Assembly (NCBI GenBank): GCA_020137815.1
Contig: CM035352.1
Coordinates: 8,804,001-8,868,000 of the forward strand
Source: Hormiphora californensis
Taxonomy: Eukaryota > Animalia > Ctenophora
Length of the DNA: 64,000 bases
Direction of reading: 5' to 3'
Below are positions 24,001 to 36,900 of the stretch, piece by piece. Position numbers and translations under genes: made by a program. Position 1 is the first letter of the stretch; every line of letters starts with the position of its first letter. A model generated the notes under the pieces. It saw only the letters and a list, made by a program, of their open reading frames with translations. It was not told the origin of the DNA and made no database searches.

Positions 24001-27000
24001 TATCGAGATAATTAGGTAATTATGTCATTATCATCATGTGCATACCTCCAGATTTGGGAAACGTTTTGGGGCAAATGAGGGCACTAAAACGTGTAGAATC
24101 ATCGCATTAGTGGGGGTAGAGCACAAAATTAAGTCCCTATTCCTACTTCTAATTGATATAATTGGATAATTGGATAATTGAAGGTTGTGCAACTACCATG
24201 CTTCACTGAAGCGCAAGGTAGGATCATCCCTACAGCCTAATAACCCTCATACTTGACCCAAACCTATTTTTAGCGACCTTTGACCTGTTTTATTTCACCT
24301 CTTTTCACTTTAAAGTAATCTGAACTTCACCGTTAGGATACAACCTGATGCAGAAGTGATGTATGATCAGGACCAGCCTGAACCGTGCGCTTCGGTGAAG
24401 CATGGTAGTTGCACAACCTTCAATTACCTAATTATCCAATTATATCAGTTAGAAGTAGGAATAGGGACTTAATTTTGTGCTCTACCCCCACTAATGCGAT
24501 GATTCTACACGTTTTAGTGCCCTCATTTGCCCCAAAACTTCTCCCAAAACTGGAGGTATGCACATGATGATAATGACATAATTACCTAATTATCTCGATA
24601 AGTGGTCGAGATAGGGACTTAATTTGATGCTCTACCCCCACTAATGTGATGAATTACTGCGGGTTTAGCATCTTGTTTGATCATAAACGGCGTTTAAAGA
24701 CTGAATTTAACATGATAGGTAGTTTTCCGTGAACGACCCAGAGGGTCATATATGACCCTAAACCTAGACTAAATCGTAGAAATCGGTCAATACGGTTCAT
24801 GAAACGGTTCCTGTGGACTTGTATAATCATTAGGGCACTGACTAACCAGTTTTTGAGACTCTGAGAGCATTCGGAGGACTCCCAGGCCGTTTGAAATTCT
24901 TAACTTCCCAAACGACCCAGAGGGTCATATATGACCCGAAACCAAAAATTGAGTTTTCTCAGTCAAAAATGAATATTTTTTGATGCCGTTTGTTCTAGCA
25001 GCTCCATTTAATCTACTAGTATATTATTCTAGAAGGAAATTAGTTTAGGACAATTCATCAGGAAATGAGACCTAATTAGAAAAAATGACCGAAGTGGGGT
25101 TCATTTAGTCCTAATTAGGAACTTCCTCATACAACGTGGCCGATTTATAGATAGAGAATCGTTCAAGCTACCACCTGGCATTTTATTTTAGGCCAAAACT
25201 TTATCAGGCTTGTCGCTAGGAAGCCTCAAACTTTTGGAATTTGGACATATATGACCCTCTGGGCCTCAAAGGGTTAAAGAGGGTGTTATTGAATATTGGT
25301 GTGGAGAGGGTGTTCCATGGAGGTGTTACAGAGTGTTCCATGGGGGTGATGGAGAGGTCAGGATGCTATCTTAGATCGTGATATATCACAGGGGCGTGGC
25401 GAGAGGTTGGATCAATTATACCGACACGGTAAAGATTGGCATAAAAGTTTTCTGACGTCACAGAACAACCCTTTGTTCTATAATATACCAGGGGCGCCAT
25501 TCTGATATTCATATTGGCACAGTCCACGGGTGCTTACTTTAGGAAGAAAATCTGAGGATTTGTCTCTCAGAGAAGGAACAGAGGAAATGTAAATGTACCT
25601 GGACATCAAATTCGTGAAGTCTATATTCAAGTGCACTCCTCACGTACAAGTCCCTGTTTGATAGAGTGATCCTGCTGTATGTAGAGGAGAGGGGTACTTC
25701 CTGTCCCGCTGCCCCGGGGCTACTAAATGGCATGTCTAGAGCATCAAACTCAGCGTCACTTTGGGGCGTGTCCCGGAGGTATAGCAACCCTGTAAAGACG
25801 TGATTAGAGGTGGTATAGCAACCCTGTAATAAAGGTGATTAGAGGTGGTATAGCTATAGCAGCCCTGTAAAGAAGGTGATTAGTGGTGGACGGTGGTATA
25901 GCAACCCTGTAATAAGGGTGATTAGTGGTGGTAATACTGCTGCCAACTCAATCATTATTCATTAACCAACGTGGTTACTAAACACCACCACTAACAGAAA
26001 CATCACCACCACACATACCGGTAACGTAGTCCTTGTCCACCTCAGTGAGATCCTCCAAGGAGAGAGGGAGGCCCACTAGTAGTTTCCACATTGGCGGTGC
26101 TATGTCCAGGGCTAGGGGAGATCCAGTCCTGATGGCAATACCCATCAGAATACCTAGTAGAGAGTGCCATATTAGCAAGTACATTTATTAACATGCGAGA
26201 ATCAACGCAAAGTATTAGCAACATGTCTTGGGAAGGGTTACTAGAGTGGAACCTACCTAGGAATCATTTGTCACCATGGCAACCCCCCACCTACCTAGGA
26301 ATCATTTGTCACCATGGCAACCCCGGCCCCTCACCTACCTAGGAATCGGAACATATTCAGCTCCTCGGTAGAATTAGCAGCAGGGTTAAACAGATGACAG
26401 TCCCTGTTGACACCATTATCAACCCTCCCATTGGGGGTCAGGATAAAGAGGGGTAGGTGCCCTGCTTGTAACTCCTCGCACATCTCAGCAATACTCTCGG
26501 AGTACCCACCACCCACATCATCCACACTCTCTCCCACAAACCGAACCTGGAAATAGTTTGGGAGTGTGTGATCTGCACAGAGCACGCTCGGTCTTTCATT
26601 TTATGAAATAAAATGCAGCGTGAGCTATACACAAGTAAAGAATGTGGATTTCGGGCTGAACAAAAATAATCAACAATAATCAACTTGAGATTAATATCTT
26701 GAGAAAGCGGGGAACGTTTGTAATAATACCTTCCATGCTCGATGGGGTAGAAGGAATGACTCGGAGCTAACATTTATTAGCATCGAGCAGGCCTGAGCAA
26801 AGATCGTTCTCGCCCAATCCTTCTCTGATCTTTGTTGCATCTGCAATGGGAGAGAGTTTGTTACTTTAACTAGGGAGAGAGGGAGAGTTTGTTACTTAAA
26901 CTAGGGAGAGAGAGGGAGAGTTTGTTACTTTAACTAGGGAGAGAGAGAGAGAGGGAGAGTTTGTTACTTAAACTAGGGAGAGAGAGGGAGAGTTTGTTAC

Positions 27001-30000
27001 TTTAACTAGGGAGAGAGAGGGGGATCAACATGAGTCTGTTACAAGTCTCACCCTTAATATTATACTTCGAGAACATTTATTTCGGTTCGAATAAATATAT
27101 CACTCACTCACTCTTTCTCGATCAACCATTTTATCATTCTATCTCCTTCCCGCGTCAACAATATATTATTATTTCGAACAATGCAATGACGTCACCATAT
27201 AATGTACAGAGCTGCAGTGCGCCGGTGCGAAATGTGAAAATATTCGAGAAAAAATTAAAAAAGGAAGCATTTGAGCTATATATTATTGGGGGGGGGGGGG
27301 GGGGTTCTGTGGAAATTAAGAACATACCGCTCCATAGAACATTCTGTTCAGTTCCAAAATTGGGCCATGCTGTCTATCTCGAATCATGGTTGCCTGGACG
27401 ACCTTCTTAAAGGCCATCTCCTTGTGAGACATGACGAGGGTGTTCCGGAGTGTTCGAGATACTTTCCCATCGGGCCGTGATCCCCCACTGAGATCCAACA
27501 TGGGCAGACACTTGGAGAATATCTGGGTGGGGGGTTGGTGTGGATTTGAGAAATCTCAGGGAAATAACTTGTTGAGTAGGAGTACCACCTTCTTATCTAC
27601 TCGACCAAGCATAAACATTGGAAAATGGAACAACTGCTCCTAATATTCAGCACAACTACCTTTGTGACCAGCTTAATTCATTACCTCACTAAAATTATGC
27701 ATCAGTATCAGCCTATTCCGGAGGGTTGTCAGCGGGACCTCTTGCAGTAGAGGGAACTCGTTCGGAACAGCCTGGTCTCCATTCCTGCCGTCAGGTCCAA
27801 TGAGCTGTCCGAGTGTGGTCCAAGCAATGGCATGGGCACTACCACACGCTACGCGTGTTATTTGCTTTCCCTGAAAATACGGCCGGGTTTTTAAACCTCT
27901 AATATTCTTGTTCAAACCCTTTTTTATTTTTCAATACACCGGGTCGAGCAAAAAAATACCGAGTTTAGATTACTTTGTCGAACCCTCGCGGGGGGGTACC
28001 AACCTATTTTTTTGTATTTTTTTGTATTTTTTTGTACGGTCCGTACAAAAAAATAACCAAAATTCCCTGCTTTTTCCGTACAAAAATACAAAAAAATACA
28101 AAAAAATATACTGCTGAAGGGAACTTCTTTAGGGCCCCCTATAAGTCTCTAGAGGTTTGCGGGGTCCTTATACTGGCCTGTATAGCCCTCTAGTTTCGTA
28201 GTACTCATAATCCCGGTGTCCCAGCATATTTTTTGGCCAAGAATGGCCAAAATTTATCCCCATTTTGGCCGATTTTTTCCCGTGGTCTAAGTTAGTTTGA
28301 TAATAGTTCAAGATAGTGGAACTTTAATTAAATAGTCTAAAAACGGTTGAGGTTTTGAATCTAATTTTTTTTATAGTATTTTAAAAGTTTTGAAAAAAAA
28401 TGGTCCGGGCGAGTTTCGAACCCGGGACCTTCCGCGTGTCAAGCAGATATGAAACCCGATAGCTGATTTGACAGTCGTTTGAAGAATTTGCGCGCACATG
28501 ATAACCGCCAGCTGGGAGATTTAACACCCTCCTCGCAGTTTGACAGACCAGTTCCCTCTTTCACGCGTTTCTCTTCATTTGAATAACATGCGTGTAAAAT
28601 TCTAAGTATTGAAAATGTGTGTAAACACACAGTTCTGTCAACAAAAGAAAGGGGAAACATGTCTGCAACACGTTTCAATGTTATCTCTCTCATAAGGAGT
28701 GAAAAGAATCACATTCCATTCATTTCTCTCTCTCTCATTGTCTCTTTTACTGTTCATTACCTCTGACAGTGTGTATTGCCCCTAATCTTTCTCTCTCTTT
28801 CTCAAACATGTTAGGAACAGTAGACACTAAGTCTACACACATTTTCAGGGTATCTGTTGACTATTTACCAGCAGTTCTAGTGTGTTTCACCTTGTGTTGT
28901 GTCTCTTATTTGTGTGTAATTACTATCGGGTTTCATAAAATATGAACGTTTGTTAGCCTATCGCGTTATAGGTTTAAATCACCTCCCCCTCACCCTCGGC
29001 TGGCGCCTCGGGATCGGCGTCGGGATTTAAACCAGTTTAATCGCCCTGCCGGGCGATTAAACTCCAGTTGGCTGTCCCCAGCTCGCGCTGGGAACAGCCA
29101 ACTTCATAACGCGCCAGTCTACAAACGTTCATACTTCATGTAATAACCACTACACCATGGAGGAGCTGACATAACTGCGATTTGAGAGTATATATTCTAG
29201 CGCGCACACAATTGGCCGGGGGAGAGAGGCCGATTCGGCTTTTTCAGTTTTTCGGCCTTCTTATGCCTCCTTTTTCCAGGCATGAGGGGGAATAAGTAGG
29301 CATATTCGGCCGAAAAATGAAATTTCATCAGAAAATAAAGCTTGGGCACTATCCCGACATATTTTTGCACGCTGAATCACGTGAGCTACTTTTTAAAGTG
29401 CTCATAGGTGAGGAAAGTGCCCTAATTGGCCATAATTGAACCTAATTGGTCAAAAATTGAAATTTCATAGAAGACATTGAATAGTCAAGTTTGAGCACTA
29501 ACCCCACTAATTTTGGTACGCTGAGTTACGTGAGCTACTTTTTGAAATCCTCTGATGCCAATTAAGGGTGCTAATTGACATAATTGGATGTTAATTGGTA
29601 ATGCTGAAGAATGTATTATGTAATGTCATTACCCACTATCCCCACACATGTGAGGCTTGTTCCCTTGTTCGTAAATCGGCACTTTTTGCATTTCCATTGC
29701 TTGCATGTCGTGTATTTAGGCATCGCTAATGCTATGAATTTCTGCACATTAGTAAGACTTGTTCTAGTTAGGAGTCGTGGGGACGGGGAATGGTAAAATA
29801 AACTAAACAAACACTCTAGAGGCCTTTAAAGGCCAATAGAAGGACCTCGAGCGCCTCTAGAGACCTGTAGAAGGCACCAAAGAAGTTCCCGACAGCAGTA
29901 AACTTTTTTGTATTTTTTTGTATTTTTTTGTATTTTTTTGTACGGACCGTACAAAAAAATATTGCCTGCTTTTTCCGTACATCCGTACACAAAAATGGTT

Positions 30001-33000
30001 GATACCCCCCCACCCTCGCAGAGCGGTTGGTTACGAAGTTACCCCTCCCTTTCCAGCGCGCGAGGCGACCTGAGCTAGCTTTAGAGGGGTTATTTCGTAA
30101 CCAAACAAAGCGGGCAGTGTGAGCTACACTAACCACCCACAATATCGCATTATGTATATTAAATTCATTGTTACAGATTTAACAAATGGATGTTTGCGAG
30201 CTTCAAAATACATATAACATTTATGAGTGAGGGTCGAGGAGGGGGAGGGGTGTTCGCATCATAGATACAGAGCTAGTAATTTGACCATTTTTAAAAAAAG
30301 GGGTAAATTAACTCTGGTAAACAAGCCCATGAAACGCATGTCTACATCTATTAAGTAATATTAAGTAATATTAATTAACAACAATACCTGTAGCGACTCG
30401 ATTAGAAGTGGAGTAGGGACGGCAGTAGTTCGTCCCGTACCACACTGCCCCTCATCATTATCTCCCCACGCGTACACACTATGATCTTCCGTGACACAAA
30501 CACAAAACAAACTTCCACAGCTGATGTCTGTGACTTTCTGACCGTTGAGGCCCATAACTCGCTGGGGCCATCGGACGTGCTCCTCGCTACTGTGACCTAT
30601 AGTACAGGGGGAAGAAGTAAGTCAGTAAGTCAGAAATGGTGCAGCAGTGTTAGTTGTTACATTTCAGTGTTACAGCTGCTATGTGCTATACCTTATGTTA
30701 TCTGTTACCAATGAACATTGAACACACATGTTATCTGTTATGTTATCTGTAACAGCTGCAGCTGTTAACATTGAACACACATACCTAATCGATGGTAGTC
30801 GCCCTTTCCCCACGTGTAGAGATCTCCATTTTTACCGAGGGCCATTGAAAACTGACTACCACACACAATCTTAACAATCTGACACTTCAACAACGGGTCT
30901 ATTTTCTTTGGCACCTGAAATTAGGTCATCATTAGGGAATGAATCAATAATCTATCATTAGGGAATGAAATTAGGTCATCATTAGGGAATGAAATTAGGT
31001 CATCATTAGGGAATTAGCTGTAATTGTCCCCGTACAGTTTGGTTATTTTATTCTTTGATTTAGAAGCAATAAACCGTTTTCCATTTAATGAACATATTTC
31101 AATTAATTATTCAATTAGTTACCTTGCACCCATCACTACCGCCTCGGCCCAGTTTTCCATAATCCCCATCACCCCAACTCCATACACAGTGACCGGGCAT
31201 GGTAATACACAGAGTCTGGGCATCCCCACTCCCACACGCAATCTAGATAGAGAGAGAGAGAGAGAGAGATGTGAGAGATACATAGAATGAGAGTCATGGT
31301 AATACACAGAGTCTGGGCATCCCCACTGCCACACGCGATCTAGACAGAGATAACATTTGAATTTGGAATGAGTGTTATTTGTATTGCCCCCATTTATCGA
31401 GATAGAGCACACTGTTTCATGAATGACCCACTCTACAGCACTTACAATACTGGGGGGGGGGTCCCCCCAACATTGGATATGAGAGAGTTAGATGAATATA
31501 TTACATAGCTTATAAATACATATTTAGCGAAAATACTAGCATTACGTAGTACACATACTACTAGCTAAAGAGATCGTAAGATAAGGACTAATTGAGAACG
31601 CATTAAAATACGTTGAATTTACATGTTATACAGTAAGAAATACAGTAAGAAATACATATCCATATTATACAGCTCAGTAAGGGTATAGAATGACCCTTAT
31701 TTACCTTGCCGGACAAATAAAAAGCAACATATAATATTTCTCACCTGCGTTACCCGGTGCGGTTTGATCGAATCAACAAGTTTTGGTTTCAGCTGATCCT
31801 CATAATCACCATGACCCAGCCGCCCATACCTGCCCTTACCCCACGTGTATAGAAAGCCCAGTGTGGTGATAGCAGCACTGTGGGCCCCGCCCGCACAGAT
31901 CTCAACAACCTTGGAATAAATTGTGGTTAAATATACCATGGTTACCATGGTTATCATTTGTATTCTTCACTTCTCACATATCGCTTATCACTTCTCACAT
32001 ATCGCTTATCAGTTTCGTGTTGATCTAGCTCGCTGCTGATCACACACTTTGTGAAATCGTTGTTGCTGCAGTACTCAGTACATTTCTGAACAAGTTGTCT
32101 CTTACTAATGGATCGCACGTTCTCTTCTTGGGAGCATGGGGCACCAGATGATGAGATTGATGTTGCAGACTACAGAAAGCTTGAGACCTCTATCATGGGC
32201 ACGTTGAGACTGGTAGGTGGTTACCCTGATCCTAACAAGGAAGGTGGTATATTTGAAGATAAGAGGATGGTTCACAGCTACCTGGCCAAAGTTGACACCA
32301 TCAAGAAGACCAAGTTCATCGCTGAAATGGCAGGACTGCTTTGGTACAGAGCACTTCCCCTGATCAAACATGCCCGTAGTTTCATTGAGAAACAGTCTAG
32401 TTCAGAGCAGTTGTTTGAGCAGCTAGAAGAAGATCTGAGTTCAGCTAAAGTGCAGTTAGACAATGCACGAGAGGAGCTACTACAGGGACATCGCAAGATC
32501 AGTGCCCTGCAAGACGAGGTGAGCTCTCTGAAGGACACTGTTATCTCTCTGAAAGATGGCATGTTGGAGAAAAGTGTGAATGCTGTCCAAGCAGTTGTTA
32601 AGAATGAGATCCAGAGTTACTCAACAGTACTTGAATCAGCCGCTACAGCTGTGAATCAGGCATGTACATCTGCCCTCGCTCCCAGTAAAATCCGTTCAGC
32701 GATTGCCAGTGCATCAACAGACCGTAGTAGTAACCTGATCGTGTATGGCTTGTGTGAAGACGGTAGGAGCAGTGACAGTGATAAGGTGAAGGAGCTGTTC
32801 GAGCATCTTGTGGAAGCACCAGTTCTTTCAAAGACTGAGCGGCTTGGGAGGTGCATGGAGGAGCGGGTACGGCCGGTGAAAGTGGTACTGAGGAGCAGTG
32901 AGAGTGTCAGGGCTATCCTGGGTAAGGCAGCACGGCTGAAAGAGTCAGAGACTTTCCATTCAGTGTATCTGGCTCCTGATAGAACATTAGAGGAGAGAGT

Positions 33001-33885
33001 AGAGAGGAGATCATTAGTTGCTAACTTGAGAGAGAGGAGAGAATCAGAGCCAGAGAAAGTGTGGGTTATTAGACAGGGGTCGGTTGTGGGAACTGAAAAA
33101 ACTGAGAGTGGTTGAGTTTCTGATGTGTGAGAGGTCCGAGTCGAGTTGAGAGAGTGAGATATCAGAGAATAGAGATTTAAATATTCTTCATTGTACTGCC
33201 TATTTATATTTCTTCACAATCCATTTTTCACAATTCATATCCTATTGATTTTGAAACCGTTTCTTGTAAGGACACGGTGGGGGCCAGGGTGGGGTAACGG
33301 GGTCAACGCACACAAAAGTCCTTACACGACTTCGTGCAATTGGTCTCGTTACTCCACTCTGAACCCCAGCTTTCATGATATTATATGTATAATTTCGGCT
33401 CAGTGCCACTACCCACCGTGGTAGTTTTGATTGATTGATTGATTCCATTTGTTTCCATGGTTACCAATTCTATATCATCACATGATCTATGATCATACCT
33501 GTTTTCCTCGGAGAGTCTCTATAACTCGGGGTCTATCCTGGTTGTTCCTGGAGCCATGACCGAGCTTACCATCGTCACCCTCTCCCCAACTAAACACCTA
33601 AAAATAGCATCTTTTTAGAGAGATAAAAAGAGGGGCGCAATAAGAGGTGCTAAAATCTTTAGAAGGAACTTTAGAATTCTTCTTGCATGCACTTGCAATA
33701 AAAATACAATGTTTTTTTTTAAAAAAGCGTTGAACTAAGATAACTGAGAAATAGAAAAAAAAAGAGAGATTGAGAGAGAAAGATAGTGAGTGAGAGAGAA
33801 ATGGAACAAAAGAGTGAGATAAAAACGAAGCGTTCTCTTCTTGGAATATCACTATCACGCGTGATAGAGTGAAACGTAAAGTGAG

Positions 33886-33984
<99 letters not shown>

Positions 33985-36900
33985 GAGAGAGAGACATAGA
34001 GAGAGTAGAATATAGAGATTGTGAGCGTGAGAGAAGGCAGTGCAGCAAGGCTCAGTCGGTCACTCAGTTGTACCTCCTTTCTCCTACCCTCTCTAACCAT
34101 GGACCAATATACAAAGGTAATTTAATAATTTAACAATTAATGGATTAAATTAGATAATTAGTGCGTGTTAATTATTCATACCTCGGCTTCCTGAGACAGT
34201 GCTAGACAATGCTTTCCCGAAGAGTGAACTGCCACTTTTGTTATCACGATGTGTTTAATAGAGCGCAATAGTGTCGGCATGGTAACAGACTCAGTACTTC
34301 CCACACCGAGTCGACCATATGCCCCGTTACCTACAAGAATTGGTTACTCTTGAAGTTGTTTAATTAATTAAATAATTAATAGTTAATAATTATTCCCAAA
34401 CATCTAGGGACAAACGGAGATGGAATCCACTCTTCCGTTTGCAGTTTTTACCACTATCCTGACGTTATTGGCCATCGGAGTCCTACTAGTTCTCATTTCA
34501 ATAGTTAACGTGTAAGTTAATGAAATTTGTAATTAAGTTATTTAACTTAATTAATTAATCAAATTATTAAAATATAGGAACATTCTAATTTTAACTCAAA
34601 TTTTCCAGGATGATTAGGCAGTGTTTGGACATTGGAAAAAGTCCAGAAGATTTGGATTGTGAGACTGAGATTCTTAAAAAGGATATCAAAAACTAAACCC
34701 TCAAAAGTTTGATACGGCAAACAAACTTTTACTTTTTTTTCGTAGAATAACTTTTAATTTAAAGAGATATATTTTGTTATACAAAGAATTAGATCTTATA
34801 ATTGTAGACAATTAAGTAATGTAAATACATTATCAAGGAGTACCTATCTATACATTCGAACCCCGATTTACCGGGATGTTCGGGGGAAAGGGAAAGGTAA
34901 ATCGGGGTGCCCAGTATATCGGGGTCAAATACCGTTAATTTCCTATATCGGGGGAAGTTTATCCTCCCGATAAATTGAGGTTCCGATAAGTCTGGGCCCG
35001 GTAAATCGGGGTCCGACTGTAGTTATGTTGTTGTTTTGTTGCGCTAGCTGAATGCTGAGAGTTGTTTGTGATTATTTTATTTTATTTTAGCTGAATTTAT
35101 ATTTTAATTTTATCTTAATCTTTATCTTTATTTTACTCTTGTTTATATCAGTTATAGTAACTTTTCATGAGACTAGTTTACTCGTCATCGGTTATTTACT
35201 GTCATATAATAGGTTTTTTTTAAATTAAAAATAGTAGTTTTATGTCATTTACAAAGTAATTAATTAAATAATGTGTTATAAAATTGTTTTTCTTTGTTCT
35301 GTAACAATTATGGGTTGTTGATGAATTGATTCTTTTTCTCAAATTTTGTCTGATTTAAATTCTAAATATGTAACTAAATTCAACGATTTACTGGAACCTC
35401 GTTTTACCGTGCACAAGTCCTTCTCTAGATCAGCCCGGTAAATCGATGTTTGAAGATATAGCACTTGTCAATACGACCCCCTAATTCCCCAAAAACAGCC
35501 CAGACAGTACCCCACATATAGCCCCAAAACAGCCCAAAACAGCCCAGACAGTACCCCAGATATAGCCCTATTATAGCCCCATTATAGCCCTATTATTGCC
35601 CTACTATTATAGACCCATTATTGCCCCATTATAGCCCCATTATTATAGCCCTATTATTGCCCTATTATAGCCCCATTATTATTGCCCCATTATAGCCCTA
35701 TTATTATAGTACCTGCGGCATAGACCTTCCCGTCAGACACTACGAAGACAGTCTGCTCCCCGGCCGCCACTTCAGTGGGCTTCAATGTGGCTATACCCTC
35801 ACACAGGGTCGGCTTCGTGACCTGGAGAGTATTTGGGGTAGTAGTTGGGCTTTCAAACCTGGAGATCCGTGTGAGATAGGAGAGTATTTGGGGTTGTAAC
35901 CCCTCACTAATCAAAAATGACATATATGTACTTGTTTTAGAAGTCATAGCCCCAATATCACATTTGGTGTATACCCATTTCCCCTACCTTGTGTCCCTCT
36001 ATCCCTGCGAGCTGACCCCGATGGTTATGGCCCCACAGGTACACCGCTCCACTTCCCGTGGGACTCAGGTTCCACAGGTGAGGTGACCCCTGGTAACATG
36101 CCAACAATTGCTGGTCCATCTCCTCGGTAAACACGCTGTTGTCAAGGTAACCCTCCTCCGCGTGGTAACCATGGCAACCATCCTCATCAGATGATGCTCC
36201 TATTGAGGTGGGTTGTCCAGCTGATACCTCAGCTACCTGACTACGGACCTCCCGGAGGAAGCACTCTGGGAAGGTGGTCCGTTTGTCTAGAGCATCCGCT
36301 ACACGTGTTGCACAACAATAACTGAGAGGAGAATAGTTTGTGTTATGGGGGGGGGGGGGGGGGGTGTGTTATAGTTGAGAGTAGATTTTGTGAATACAGC
36401 CTGACCAGCTCTTTACGCTTAGAGCGAGAAGAGTGGTCACTAGTTAACCAAAAATTATGCCTCACAGCATAGTTGACCATGTTCGCTCACTACTTACTCA
36501 ATAAACCAAGTCCACTTATCGCTCACTACTTACTCAATAAACCAAGTCCACTTATCGCTCACTACTTACTCAATAAACCAAGTCCACTTATCGCTCACTA
36601 CTTACTCAATAAACCAATTCCACTTATCACTATGTACTTACTCAATAAACCAAGTCCACTTATCGCTCACTACTTACTCAATAAACCAAGTCCACTTATC
36701 GCTCGCTACTTACTCAATAAACCAAGTCCACTTATCAGACTTTGTACTTACTCAATAAACCAAGTCCACTTGTCGCTCGCTACTTACTCAATAAACCAAG
36801 TCCACTTTATATCGCTCTACTTACTCAATAAACCAAGTCCACTTATCGCTCACTACTTACTCAATAAACCAAGTCCACTTATCGCTCACTACTTACTCAA

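Larger units (their letters stand above)
27990..30011. mobile_element. Non-autonomous DNA element with GG termini and 8-bp TSD (Merlin- or MULE-like)
   Basis: TSD ACCCTCGC at 27982-27989 and 30012-30019. Termini GGGGGGGTACCAACC / GGTTGATACCCCCCC. ~200-bp imperfect TIRs with TTTTTTTGTA repeats. Confidence 0.85.

Noticed and set aside
28401-29163. Functional tRNA-Val with an intron
   Set aside because: The insert is a 690-bp mobile element at a non-canonical position, the acceptor stem is unpaired, and anticodon GAC is atypical for eukaryotes.
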